Of a stretch of 64,000 nucleotides of DNA, positions 13,086-26,928 are shown piece by piece. The notes beneath the pieces were generated by a model, which saw only the letters and a program-made list of their open reading frames with translations, searched no databases and had not been told where the DNA came from. The DNA is taken from the NCBI GenBank assembly GCA_964016885.1, contig OZ024741.1, positions 112,902,001-112,966,000 of the forward strand. Direction: 5' to 3'. The position numbers and the translations under genes are program-made. Each line of letters opens with the position of its first letter. The stretch's first letter is position 1. The stretch comes from Eledone cirrhosa (taxonomy: Eukaryota).

Positions 13086-13586
13086 TTCTAAGTACATACT
13101 CCTAACTGCAACACAAATACAACACCATCATCCTAGCTCATCATCCAGTTCTGGTGCTCAGAAAGCTTCAGAACGTTATGGGTGGGTATTTTAAATCAAG
13201 GAACATATTTTTTAAGACATTTTTTATAAACACTTTTTTCTAAATTTGATGGTTCATCATTTAAAACTGTGATGGGTGTGGACAAATTAGTAAAAATAAG
13301 CTTCACACTAAAATAGCAGTAACCCCAATAGCTGTCTTACACTCCAAACATTGTGTTGGAATAAACACCACCAATGATAGACAAAGCAGAAGAGCAACTG
13401 ATGCAGTTTGACTAACTTCCTTGTCTCTGATATGACCCTCTTGAAAGCATACAGACACACAATGGTGGATAGAGAGTGTATACTATATGTCTTGGCTCTC
13501 TTTATGCCTTACTTGTACATAACCCATAATTTTAGGGACAGAATAAGTAATAGATAGGTAGATAGATAGAACGATGTATATATGTA

Positions 13587-14632
13587 TCATTATCTATAAA
13601 AGGCAGAGTGTTGTTGTTGTTGTGTGTGCGTGTGTGTGTGTGGTGCATGTTCCATGTTTATACATTTGCACAATTTCCAACCGATTCGACTCAAAGTCTG
13701 TAAGAATGTTGTAAATGGTCTAACTCAGGTCAACGACTATTTATTTCATTAATACTAACCCACAATTACGGAAATAATCGATAAAACTAAATAAATGACG
13801 CTTTACCCCTCTAATACAATTAGATTACCTCTCTCTACTCCCCTTAATCTTTAAGAGAGAGAGATAACATTTGTTTTTGAGTGTGGAACGGTCAAATATT
13901 TATTTACTTCAATGACAAAGAGAACTTATTACATTTCATACGAAACAACAATTATTCAAAAGCAACAGATAAATTTATTCCGCAACAACAAAAATAGCGA
14001 TAAATCCTTTTTAAAACATCTATCAATGAACGTGGAAAAAAGAAGTATCAGTTCATTTACTATACGCAATAACATCCTCTATGAGGTCACTAAACCTGCT
14101 AGAAACAGCAGCTAACTCTCCCCCATATTCAAAAGCAACAGATACATTTATTCAACAACAAAAAATAGCGCTAAATCTTTTTTAAAACATCTATCAACGA
14201 ACGTGGAAGAAAGAAGTATCAGTTCATTTACTATACACAATAATATCCTCTATGTGGTCACTAAACCTGCTAGAAACAGCAGCTAATTCTCCCTCATACC
14301 ACACCACTCCCTACTGTCTTAAATTTAGAAAACACACATTAGACAACCATGCAGAACAACTCCATCGCAGCTCTGTTGTTCGGCTGGCATCGTCTACGCG
14401 CGTGTTGCGCAAGTACTGTGAAACAATAAATTTCAACACTTCTTTGCACAGAGATAATATCCATAGGCGAAACTACAATTGTCACTGCTGGCGCAGCTCC
14501 TGCTTTGGCAGTCCAGGTCTGCAATTTATTCACCCAGTGCCTGGCAGACAGAAAAGTGTTGCCATAAAATGGGTGGTGCAACCTAACTTTGGTAACTTAC
14601 TGACCCTGAGCAACGCCGGGCTTTAATGCTAG
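13587..14632 (+). mobile_element. Non-autonomous Helitron
   Basis: A|TC 5' end, internal (GTT)/(GT) microsatellite, 3' hairpin ccctgagcaacgccggg followed by CTAG|T; no TSD. Confidence 0.8.
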
Positions 14633-14690
14633 TATATATATATATATATATATATATAAGATCAAAAGATGGTTAAAGGAGTTCCATGTA

Positions 14691-14758
14691 TTTTATTATG
14701 CGCATTTCAAAAACAAACATCATCATGCAATAATATTTGTGTTTTCATCAGATAAAAC
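14691..14758 (-). ncRNA. Intact minimal type-I hammerhead ribozyme motif (Penelope-type)
   Basis: Minus strand reads gttttat-CTGATGA-aaacacaaatattatt-gcat-gatgatgtttgttttt-GAAA-tgcgca-TA-ataaaa. Full core, 15/16 paired stem II (with GU pairs), palindromic stem III ATGCGCAT. Confidence 0.8.
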
Positions 14759-15575
14759 AGGAGGACATGATATGAAGGCTAAAAAACACTTATGGATAGT
14801 GCAGTTTTAAATCAACATATGAAAAGTAATTTTAGATTGATGTGTGATATTGGGAAAATTAAAAGAGGTGTATGTATATGTGCCTTTGAGAAAAGATTCT
14901 AAGTTGATAAAGAATTGAATATTAGCTGTATACTTTGTGAAATGTCTTATGGAATTTATGCAAGCAGATAGAAAAAAAATATTGGATGCTGAGCTTTTAC
15001 ATTATTTCGAAGCACACTATTTTACTAATTTGAATTTGAAATCCTATCTAAATCAGCCCCACATTTTTGTTTCTCTCTTATTCTCATTCATCATTTCTTT
15101 TCACAGTACACAATTACTTTTATGATTATACACTTAGGCTATGGTTAAATCCTTCTGCTGATATCTGCATCACTGTTTGTATATTATATCTTTTGTTTTC
15201 TATGATTAAATTCTTATATCAATTGCTATTTGTAAACCAGCATTTTGTATTACAGTAGCAATAAGTTCTGTACTGTATCAATATATCCATCCATTCCATT
15301 CCCTGGCTGCTATGTAATTATTTCAAGCAGCTCTAGTAATGTATTGCTATGTAATCACTTCTTACAAATCTTATTCATATGTTTGTAATGATTTCAGCTA
15401 TTTCTGTATATCTTTGTTGAAAATTTCTGCCAAGGCAAACATAGAAAAAGATTTAGCAATCATTATCAAGCACAGAATTTAGGTATAGGATAACAGAAAA
15501 AGAAAGAAGAAAATCATACAAGACATAATAACTTTCGTTACTTTCTTTTCTTGCTTTTTGTTGTTTTTCCTTACC

Positions 15576-15641
15576 TTAGCATGTAAGTTGAACAATGCAG
15601 CCGCATCTCATTAAATGACAAGGATATTTTCTTTGCAACAC
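15576..15641 (-). CDS. PTP4A: Second coding exon of a spliced 55-aa small ORF (VLQRKYPCHLMRCGCIVQLTC*); putative PRL/PTP4A conserved uORF
   Basis: Acceptor tttatatccctttaag|GTG; donor TAAG|gtaagg (exon 15575-15641); phase 0 matches the 26929 donor. Family assignment is from recalled similarity and is unverified. Confidence 0.6.
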   Translation of the reverse strand: MLQRKYPCHLMRCGCIVQLTC

Positions 15642-16309
15642 CTTAAAGGGATATAAATCTTATGACAGCAATTTTTTATTATTTTTTTTTTAAAGCAACA
15701 AAACAATAAAAAGACAACTATTATGACCACACACACCAAAAAAAAAAAAAAAAAAAAAGAAAATGAAATATCAGATCGTTGTGGAAATTAGAAAATTAAA
15801 CCTTCCATTTTAGCTCTCTATTTCTTCTTAAAGAGAGCAATATAGTGAAGCTGATGAGGGATAAAGTTATATAGTTAAAAGAATAGATATATCTCCAATT
15901 AACGAGATGTGAACAAGATTTCTTGATATATTCAAGTGGAATATAAGAACAATTTAGATGTGCTTATTAGTTTTTTTCCTTTTCAAGTTGACTTTTAAAA
16001 TTTTCCCTGAATGTTGGTGTTGTTTTAGTTTTGTTTTATTTTCTTTCTCTCATTTTATCTGAATTAAGAAATAAAGTGTATGTATAGACAGCCATATTAT
16101 TATATGCATACATACATATATACACTTGTATACAAGCACACACGCACACATATATGTATGTGTAAATGCACCTAAAAATGTGTGTGTCAATTAGGCTACC
16201 ATTGAGAAAGAAATTCTAGCTGTTTAAGAACATTTATTTATTTATTAATATTACTGCCTATTGTCAAACCTGTGTAAAGTGATCCTATAGGAAGAACTTA
16301 GATCTAATC

Positions 16310-16690
16310 ACTAGGAAGTGCTATAGACCTTACGTAAATTTATTCCACATACCACTTCCATAAATGAAACCGCTCATCTTGGATGCCACATGCAGTGACA
16401 CATACACCAGCAGCAACCTGGTGCAGTCTGTAACTAACCCAGACTCTGCTGTACTTCAGGGTAAACTCTCCAAATATCAGTCACTCTCTGACAGATTTGC
16501 AGTTGAGCTCATGACAGTGGAGACTTCAGGTGTCCTTAGCCCTAGGGCTACCTCCCTACTCACTACCATCGGCACAGAGTTGGCTACCTGCATGTTTCCC
16601 TTACTATCCTCCAAGGAAATGCCTTCTCTATTCTGTCCACTGAGGTCGCAGGGTGGCCAATGCGTGGGCCCCATTTGCTCATAATAGTAA
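16310..16690 (+). mobile_element. CRE-like non-LTR retrotransposon 3' fragment (RLE domain)
   Basis: KPLILDATCSDTY...KLSKYQSL...MTVETSGVL resembles the WDATCxDT...KY...A(I/V)ETxG RLE signature. Confidence 0.7.
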
Positions 16691-18328
16691 AAGTGGGGAG
16701 AATGGGATGAGGGAAGCAGTATCAGTGGGAGTTTGCTCCTTTTATGTTCAGACCTGGTGCATATGTATAAGTTTCATGGACACACAATCATGCAGTATCA
16801 ATCAAAATTATTTTTGAAATGAAAATTAAGGGTCAGTCTACACAATCAGATAGGCATAAAATGCTGACACCAACTGGTTAACTCCTACATACTGATGAAC
16901 TCCCACACATGCACACGAAAATAGACACCCCCCACACACACACTCACACAAACACATCTAACATACTGATGGCCTCACACACGTGCGCAGAATGAGAGAC
17001 ACACATGCACACACTTAGACCCTTTGTCTCCATAAAATGTTTCTGCCATTCCTTGTCCAGCAGGCTTTACACCAGTGTTTTGATAGATTCAAAATATTCT
17101 GTGTGGGTCATACCAATTATCAATAATTCTAAGGCAGAGTTTTGGAATAAGCATATCACACAATTTTTTGTTTTAAATCTGAGAGTGTTCATTGAAAATT
17201 AGATCCCAGTACCTTCCTATGCTCCCCACCACCACCTTGTGATTGGATCCAATGTCCAAGCTCAGTGATACACACAAGCAACACACAACCCTACAGACAT
17301 ACACTTTAAGGCATGCCCATACTCCAAAGACCACATATACCCTACATTAACACACACACACACACACCCACATACACACACATTCAATTAGATCCACTAA
17401 CTGACTTTGTTTCATTTCCAGATTAAAGCAACTTTTTACTTTATTAACAACAAAAGCTACACCAATGTCTTCTCTTAAGTGAAAGAGAGAGCCCGTATAT
17501 TGTTAATTGGTCTATTATAAATAGCAGCCAGACCTCTCTCTAATAACACCCTACTGTCTTAAAATCAGTAGCTTTAGATACACTAAGTCTTATTTTAAAC
17601 TTGGTTGGTCTGGAGAAAAGGCAGTGCCCATGCTTGTACCAGACCAAAGAGTCTACTCCTTTTGGAAAGACATAAGCAGTGCAGGAAATCCAGAGGGTAT
17701 GACGACATCTTTTATGTTGGTACCAGTACATTCTGTAAAGAGGTATTGCTAGTACCACAAAATGCACCCACTATACACTATAAAGTGGAAATGCTGACAT
17801 CATGATAAAATGCTCCTAGTCAAGTACAAAGGTAGTGTTGGTGCCATGACAAAATTCACCCAGAACACTCTGTTGTTGTTAGGAAGGACATCCCAAAATA
17901 GAAAGCATGCCTAAATATGAAATGTATGAGTAATGCATTGTACTCCAAACCATCTAGTCTCAGGCCATAACAACCCGTTCAACCAATGCCAGCATGGAGC
18001 ACAGACATAAAAGGATGATTATGGTGATGGTGTCATAAGATACAACCAGAAATATGCTTACAAGCTTTAAAATAAAGTCATACAGACGTAGATTTTAAAA
18101 TACCAGAATCAGAAACTGTTAGAAACATTTTGTGACAGCCATTGCATCATTTTGCCATAAAATGGTTCCCAACTTTAGTTTTACTATAGAATACTTAGCT
18201 CTTGGAATAATAAGTACTGGTTAAGAATAATAAATAAATAAACAAATTTGCACAATTTATTTTTTCTCTTCTAAAATTCATAAATTTGTATAAAATCAAG
18301 AATGAATGTAACTACCTGTCTGCGTGAT

Positions 18329-18385
<57 letters not shown>

Positions 18386-19599
18386 AGAAGAAGATAAAAA
18401 TGAAAGTGGCCATATGAATATTCTAAATTGTGTATTATCAATGGCTTTTCATTTTATGAAAAACGTTTTTTATTCTAATTTTTTATTTGCTTTTGGAGGA
18501 ATTTTGTTTATTTATGCTTTTTTGTTTTTTTCTTAATATTTTATCATATCTACATATATTTCATATTTCTCTGGATTTCATAAGAAATACAGAAAAAAAA
18601 ATTAAATATATATATATATATGAAAAATATTCCTCTTTTTGTCAATTGTTGATTTTTTTTCTTTTGTTTAATTTAATTTTTAGATTTTCATTTCATTTTT
18701 AGTTGGTTGTCCGTGTATGTGTATTCAGTGATTCAATGAGAAGCATAACATTCTGACTTTTTTTCTATGAAATATTTTATCTGTTTTCCTCACACGTTTA
18801 CTTGTATTAATATTCTGTAACAGGCATGCTGTGTGATCTGATGAATTTGATTAAGGCTACATACAGTTTGATGATGCTTTACATATTTATTTATTTATTG
18901 TTATTGTTGTTATTATTATTATTGTTATCATCATGATGACAAAAATGTTTTTTAAGATGAAAATAAAGACAAACATCCCTATATGAAATGCACTACATAT
19001 TTATTTGTATATTTATGAATCATTGTTATTATTATTATTGTTACTAAAAGTTTTTTTTAAGATGAAGACAAACATCCCTGTAAAAAGTAAACAATGTACA
19101 ATGTGAATGTTTACAAGGAAGTTAACACTCCTTTCATTTATTGTTGTTGTATGCTGTTTCATTCACAAGTTGCTGTAGTTTAAAATGTTTCTTTGTATCT
19201 GTACCTGGCTGGGTGGATGGATGGGAGTCAGAGATATGCTGGATACCGAATATATATTTCATATTGTCATTTGTTGTTTATCATTGGTCATTTTATTTTT
19301 TTAAACTTTATTCGGGCAATGAAGAGTTAAAACATCACTTTAAATGCTTTAGTATTTGATTCAACTCACTACATTCTGAGTTCAAATCCTGCCATGGTTA
19401 ACTGCTTTTCATGATATTAGGGGATGATAAATGAAGTATCAGTCCTGTACTGGGGCAGATTGGCAGAGTTGTTATAGACTCAGACAGGATACTTTGTGAT
19501 GTATGTTCTAGCTTTGGGCAAACTGATTTCAAATCCCAACTCCTCCTGCTATGAGTTGCAACCAATGCTTAGTATTATAGCAATGGAAAGAGAAAGAGA

Positions 19600-20400
19600 A
19601 ACATTGTTTCTTTAGTCGGATCTGACAATCAGCTTTCTTTCACTTATTGATTCTTATATTGAACTGATCCAATAAAGCACCAATGATGGTCCTTCGTGAC
19701 AGAAAAATTGGAACATTTCAATGAATAACATTGTTTGAGCTATTTCATTTGCAGGCATACTACAAACCATTTAGATAACAATGGAAGCACAGTTAGTCTT
19801 TGTGTGTAAGTTCAATAATAGGTTTTAGCTGAGAAATGGAAGATTTGGTAGCTATGATTGTTCATAATTCTGGTTTAGCATTAATATAACGCTAAGACAG
19901 GACTTTCACTCTCTTCAAAAGCAGAAAATATCTTAGCCCTTAACAACTTCTAACTCTCTACAAAGCTTAGTTCTCCTCCTACAGCTGGGAATGTGTTGCT
20001 GCTTCTTGCGCAGTCATATTCCTTGGCTGCATCCATAGAAATGTCACTTTAATGATTTGCATGAAGTTGCTTATCAACACACTCAAGCCAGTGGCCCATG
20101 AACAGTTTGTCTTTTGTCTCTCTCTCTCTCTTTTTTTCTTTTTTGTCTACAATCACTAAAACAGCTTCTGTTCTACTTAGTTGGCTGGTCTCATGCTACC
20201 TCTACTCAGACACTCTCAACTCACTCATCTCTCAAGTCTCATACTAATCACTACACTTAGTCTTACCTCCCCCGAATATCATAGCTCTGAATTTCCCTTC
20301 CTGCATTGGATTTGCTTGCAGCCATTACAATGCATTTACTCAAGAGTAACATTAACTGCATTCATCTTAATGGGCTTTGAAAGCTCTGCAAAGGCTATGG
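19600..20400 (+). mobile_element. Very old L2/CR1-group LINE remnant
   Basis: Degenerate KYLSP-QLLTLYKA motif and LQSL-type C-terminal segment. Confidence 0.4.
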
Positions 20401-20561
20401 CAACGGATCAACCCAATAAAATATATATTTTTTTAATTTGCTGATCTACATAGCCAGTTTAGTAGGAAATGATAACTTCAACGTTAGGTGTAGCTAATAT
20501 ATTTTAACTAATCAGTCCAACATATTACTAAGCTTTTATTTTGTTTATGTTCATGCATTAA

Positions 20562-21081
20562 CCCTTTCATTGCCATATTTCTAATAAAGCACGTCACCTA
20601 TAATTTTCAAATCATTTCAAAATTAATCAAAGCTTTGGAGGAATTTAAATACTATAACTAAATTTCTCCTTATTAAGCTGGTCTTTGGAACACAACTTAA
20701 GGTATATTCTTACATAAAATTACGACAGAAGGTTTCCTTGTTAAATATAAATATTTAAAAATAAATAGCTTTCTGTCATAGAACCATGAGCAATTTCAGG
20801 TGGTTTGATATCAAAGGAGATAACTCTTTTGTTAGTTTATTTCATTAGAAATACATTACCTATGTTCTTCAATTAAGTTTGAAAATCATCAAAGATTTGG
20901 AGGAATTTAATAAAATGATTAACCTTTTCATTATTAAACTGATGTTTGGAACATTATTACTTAACAAAAATTTCTTTTTAAAATGTTGATGGAAGGTTTT
21001 AATATAAATATGAATATTTTTAAATGGGAATTTTTGTATCATAAAACCAGAGCTATTTTAAGCAGTTTGGTATGAAAAGGG
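20562..21081. mobile_element. Two head-to-tail copies of the TTAA MITE
   Basis: TTAA at 20558-20561, degenerate shared ATAA at 20820-20823, TTAA at 21082-21085; the two ~260-bp halves are similar. Confidence 0.7.
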
Positions 21082-22572
21082 TTAACATGTTATAGATAGG
21101 CACACACTTACACTATTCATTCCATAATATGAGAAAATTGTATATCTTCATGCATTAAAAGGATAATATGTTTTATGAAGCAGCCCCAAGAAGTGTAAAC
21201 TACTCAACATCTATCTCAGCAGTTGTACTGTCAAAGATGACATGCTACCAGTGAGCTATTGAAATGCAGTGTTAGGTTTTATGACACTATATGTATTTAT
21301 TTGATTGAATATATTCAGGAGAGTATTCAAATTGATATTTGCAGTAACAAGATTGGGACTGATTTTATTTTATTTTTGTTTTTTCTCCCCGTGATTCAAA
21401 TCTTGCTGAAATTGGTTCCAGGCTTTCTTTCATCTATTTTTTAAAAGTCAATAAAATCAGTGTCAGATCAGTTAAATAGAGGAACAATTCAGGTATAATA
21501 TATTGAACTGGTTGTATGTTTGATGTATTCCATGTATTATTTGAGTGCTTTCTCACATTAAATCTGTAGTAAAACAGCAAGAATTCTATTAACATATGGC
21601 TTACTTAAGCTTGTGGAATTTAGAAATGGGTTTATAAAATAACTTTTAAAAAATGGTTTTAACTTAATCTTTTTTTAGCTGTAGCCATCATGTATTGGCC
21701 TTACATGTTGTACTTGGTCTGTGAGACATATAGCTCTATACATTGAGACAGAAGTGATTTGTTTATAACAAAATTTCACAATGGGTCTGGAAGTTTCTTT
21801 GCTGAAGCAATAATAGCTTTTAGTATTTATTTATGATAGTTCAGTATAGAAATAGGGTCAAAGAGTGATATGAATGGAGGTACTGCATAAAACAGATTCA
21901 TAGTTTTCACCCAGTGTTGGTGATTCTTATGAAGTATGACAAATTGAACTATGTTAGTGAGTTTAATGACTATTAAAAGTGCTAGACTAGGCCAGAATAT
22001 ATTATCATCATCGTTGCCATAATCATCATTTTATATCCACCTTTCACTGCTGGCATAGGTTGGAAGGGTTGTTATATATAAAGTCAGTACTTTTCAGAGC
22101 TACCATTCTCATTTTTCAAAATACTATTATAAGCATGGTTTCAACAGCAGGATGCTCTTCCTAACACCAACCACTTTACAGTGTATACTAGGTGCAGTTT
22201 ATTGTGGCATCAACACAAGTGAGGTTTTCAGTCCTTGACATGACAGAAAGATTTACTTTTATTTGGCATAGTTTCTCTGGCTGGATGTCCTTTCTAAGGT
22301 GAATAATAAATTTATTTGGTTGTACTTTTATTGAATAAGAGAGAAATTATATGAAGCAGATAGTAAATTTTAGTATTTATTTATAGTAGTTGAGAGTCTA
22401 GAAATAGTAAAAAACCATATAATTTGTTCCCATAAAAAAAAATCCTTTTGTAATCGTAAAGTTGAAATTTTGTTCTTGTTATTCAAACAATCAATCAACT
22501 GGTAGAAGCAAAGATATACATGAAATTATATTTTTTTAAATTAAAAATATATCAAATGGAATTACTATTTAA

Positions 22573-22990
22573 CACTTTTGATAACAAACTGCCAGAAACT
22601 ATCCCTTTTTCTATGATAAAACCACTTTCTTTTGAAATGTTTATATTTATCTAAAAATCTTCCATTGAAATTTTATGTAAGAACCTTGTGTTTATTTTGT
22701 TCCAAACACCAGCTTAATAATGATTTCTAATGTTGACACATGGTCCACAATTTGTGGTGGTGGTGGTGGGGAATCGATTATAGTGACCTTAGTACTTGAA
22801 TGGTACTTTATTTTTACTGATCTTGAAAGGATGAAAGGCAAAGTATCCAACAGATGCTCTAACAATTCTACCAATCCACCACCCTACATCAGCTTAATAA
22901 TGAGAAAGTTAGTTATGTTACTAAATTCTTGATTATTTTCAAAATGATTTGAAAATTATAGGTAGTTTGTGATATTAGAGATATATTTCA
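22573..22990. mobile_element. TTAA MITE (reverse orientation) containing a SINE at 22724-22886
   Basis: The SINE is flanked by the duplication cagcttaataatga at 22710-22723 and 22890-22903. Confidence 0.7.
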
Positions 22991-24395
22991 TTTTGAAATG
23001 GATCACCCCATTGAAGTCAACAATGGAAAAATATGTTTTAATCTAAGATCAGCTCCTAGCAATGTGGTCATGACACCATACAAGCCGAATAAATTTGATT
23101 TGAAAATTATAACTAAGGGTTTTACACATAATTGAAGACACTTGCCCAATGTGTTAAACAATAAGAAATAACTTAATCGAGAATAATTCATATAATTTTT
23201 TTTTATTTATCACTATAGATAGGTTAATCCTTAGTCCTTTTGATATTTAACCACACCAAGCCAATTTTAGTTCTATGAAACAACACCACTTATTTAAAGG
23301 ATTTCTATTTAAATTAAAATTTTCAAATATAATCTTATATAGGCACCATATGTTAAGTTAATTAATAGGAACCATATGTTAAGATAATTCCTAATTTTAG
23401 TAAATCTTTCAAAATTATTCATTAATTTATTGAAATACAACTTATTGCATTAAACATACAGTCATAGAACTGCTAAACATCAAACATTTTTTATTAGATG
23501 ATAGTTAATAAATGTATATTTATTTCATTTAATTTATATGATATTTGCAATAATGAATGTAAGGGGACAGAGGGAAGTGAATAGCAGATTCTACACACCA
23601 GTCAAGATAGTATATGTTAGCTGCATCCAATAGAAGCAAATGGCAATCGCATTGCCACAGAAAACATCCAGCAACACCTGCTGCATCAGCCACTCCACCT
23701 CACAGAACTCCTTCCTTAGTCATGATGAACCCCTCCTGTTTTTTTCCATTCTTGCATCGGCTGGACAAAATGTTACTGGACCATATGCTAGTCCATTACA
23801 GGACTATCATCAGCTGTTGTTATTCATTTTCAGCTGAGGGAACTAGACTAATATGAAATGAAATGCTTTGTCCCAAAACACTGTATCACACAGTCTGGGA
23901 ATCAGATCCACAACCTTATAATTGTGATCTCAACACTTTTACCACTATACTATGCCTATATAAAAACATAATGTCTAAAAATGATATGTAATAGCACAGT
24001 TTTAATGAGCAATTTTATTATCACCACCACTTCCTTTTCCCATCTGTTTTCCCATGCTTACAGGGTGTAAGTGAGTTCTTTCCAGTACAGTTTCCCTCTA
24101 TTTCTATCATTCTGTTGTCAACATGAGAGTAAAAGGAAATATTAGAAGAAAATAAAAAAAGTAATTCATTATATTTTAAATGTTATGATTCATTAACAGA
24201 ACTTGGAGTCTATTTTTACCCCTTTTTCTTTTCTATTGGATATTTCACAAGAGAAAGTAAAAAAAAAAAAACCTTAATTAGAATTCAAATTAACAAACTT
24301 GTGAAATTCTGTAAACATTATTTTGGGTGAAATGAAATAGCAAGGAAAAATATGAATCAGCGCTAGTTAAAAGAAATCATTATCTTCATCATCAT

Positions 24396-24571
24396 GGGGG
24401 TGGATTGGCAGTATAGGTAGAGGGTTGGATGACATGCTTTGACGCATAGAGGTACAGCCCTTGCCATTCTGAGTTCAAATCCCGCCGAGGTTAACTTTGC
24501 CTTTCATCCTTACGGGGTCGATAAAATAAAGTACCAGTAATGCGTTGGCCTTGTGCCAAAAAGTAGAAACA
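24396..24571 (+). mobile_element. Young tRNA-derived SINE with a Meta/MESC-like central domain
   Basis: B-box-like gagttcaaatccc; core actttgcctttcatccttacggggtcgataaaataaagtaccag; perfect 17-bp TSD attatcttcatcatcat at 24379-24395 and 24572-24588. Confidence 0.9.
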
Positions 24572-25389
24572 ATTATCTTCATCATCATAATTTTTTTCAC
24601 CTGCTTTTCCATTTTAGCATGGGTTAAATGAAATTTGTTAAAGCAGTGTTTCACAGCTAGATGCCCTTTCTGATGCCAAAGTGTTTAGTTGCTTCATATG
24701 TTATGCAGGGATATGAGTGTGCACATTCTAACATCCAGTTGGCATGTAGAAAATAAATATTAAACATAAGATAAATAATCATCATCGTTTAATGACTGTT
24801 TTCCTTCCTTTGAAGGATTAGATGTATTGTCACTGACCAGTTGGTACTCAGGCAAAGCCAGTAACTTCCAGAGTGGCACATAATGCTAGTGTGTTCCCAA
24901 TTTTGGTATAGCTTTTTCTGGCTAGATGACCTTCCTAACATCAACTACTTTTTAGATTTTCCTGGATGCATTTTATTGTGGCACCAGCAATATATAGGTG
25001 AACATGTCTTTGACATGACAAATAATCATTGCTACATACTGTTGTCTCTTTTCTATCAACAGCCACCTTACATATGTATTAGCACACACACACAACACAC
25101 ATATCTACTCATATACATACCTACTTACACAGACCAATAACACCATTCACGTGTCCTCAATGAATATGAAACTCATTGATCAGAAAGAAGGCTCTTTGAG
25201 AGCTTCTTATTCCAATATAATGAGATGGTTGAGGATTGGAGGGAACGAATTATTATCTAACCTTAAGGAAACTCACTTGATAGATTATTGATTTTATTTT
25301 TAACTGGAGATACTGGGAGACAAATTTTCCACTTTTAAATGTTTCCCAATATCTATTTCTTTTCAATATTATACTTATGTCAGCATTTT

Positions 25390-25870
25390 CATAATATTCA
25401 TCATCATCATTTTCAACATCATCATTTTTATCATCACTTATTATTTGAATCATGAGTATCTATTTTCAACATCATCACCATCATTTTCAACATTTTCATC
25501 ATCATAATTTTCATCATCATCATCATCATCATCATTATTATCATCATCATCATTATTATCATCATCATTTGTCTTATTATCAGCATCATGAGCATTTATT
25601 TTCCTCATCCTCTGTATCAACACCATCGTTTTTATCATCATCCTCATCATTTATTTTCCTCATCATCAATATCACCTCCATGAACAACATTATCACTACC
25701 ATCATCATCTTCACCCACATCATCACATTCAGTAACATCATCCATCAACATTGTTGCCATCACTATATTGGTCACTACAGTCACAGCAGAAACCATTATT
25801 GGTGTTATCAAATCCATTACCACTTCCACTACCAACCTCACTTATTCAACAACAACCACCACCACTGGAA
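25390..25870. repeat. Degenerate (CAT)n/(CAC)n low-complexity tract
   Basis: Trinucleotide periodicity producing His-, Asp- and Ser-rich pseudo-ORFs. Confidence 0.9.
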
Positions 25871-26179
25871 TCTTCATGCTTTTAGCAATAACAACTTTCT
25901 GCAACAAGAGTTACAAGTATATTGTTCTTCAAACCCTGCTGATGACATATAAGTAAATTGCAACACAGCTGTTCTCTTTGGCATTCCACTCATAACTACC
26001 AGTTATCTTTTAGTAACATAGCTCTACATTATCATATCATATCTTTTTTATGTCACTCAAGCTGCTGTTCTTCTAAAGCTTCTTTCTAAACACACCAAAT
26101 AATATATGCATGAAATTCAACACAGATGCCCTCTTTGACATTCTAACCATAACCATCACTACTGAAATCCTCAGGAATA

Positions 26180-26560
26180 AGGCCAGTGATAAGTGTGGTG
26201 AAGGAAAATGGAATGAGGTAGTTGGGCCTTGTGTTGAAGAAAAATGAAATTGACTTGGTGAGATGACTGATGGGGCTAGAGCCAGTGATAAACGTTGTAA
26301 AAAGAAATGCAATGAGATGGCCGGATCATGTGTTAAGGAAGGGTGAAAGTGACTGGGTAAGAGAAGAGATAGAAATGGAAAGGAATAGAGGAAGAGGGGG
26401 TGAAGAAAGACATGGCTTAAGTCGACAGAGAAGGAAATGAAAACCAGAGGTTTAGTGAGGGAAAATGTAGATGATAGAGCAAATTGGAGGAGTTTGTCAT
26501 GGGACTTGCAAAGCGTTCCCCTGTTATAGCAAGAAAAACGTCTCTAAAACACTTGTTATT
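26180..26560 (+). mobile_element. RTE 3' remnant
   Basis: RWPDHVLRK...RGRG-KKTW...DDRANWR motif. Confidence 0.65.
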
Positions 26561-26928
26561 GAAATCCTCATAACGTTATCAACAACCAGTTACAGTGTCT
26601 GATATCTTTCTCATTATAGAAACAGTAACAGTTACAAGTCTATTAGTCATCTAACACTATCTGCAAACACCACCATACACATGAATTCCTACACTATACA
26701 GCTTCCTTCTCCCTTTCTCCTTCTGGTATTTCCTTTGTGAGTTTAAGTATCCTGAGATTGATATTCACCACTTCCGGTGACATCTTCTTTGGCCTTCCAC
26801 TTCTGTGGCTTCCTTCAACTTGGAAATTTTGGAACTTCTTTGCCTAGATATATCCCTAGCTCCTAAATTCATTTCCATATAAACAATCAGAATTATGCTT
26901 TAATGTAATGTATGGTGCAAATACTCAC

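Noticed and set aside
15845-15905. CTGATGA followed by a ggggata/tatctcc stem
   Set aside because: No GAAA box and no stem I partner.
25452-25952. His-rich 166-aa ORF and Asp-rich antisense ORFs
   Set aside because: Products of a (CAT)n low-complexity tract; no splice or codon evidence.
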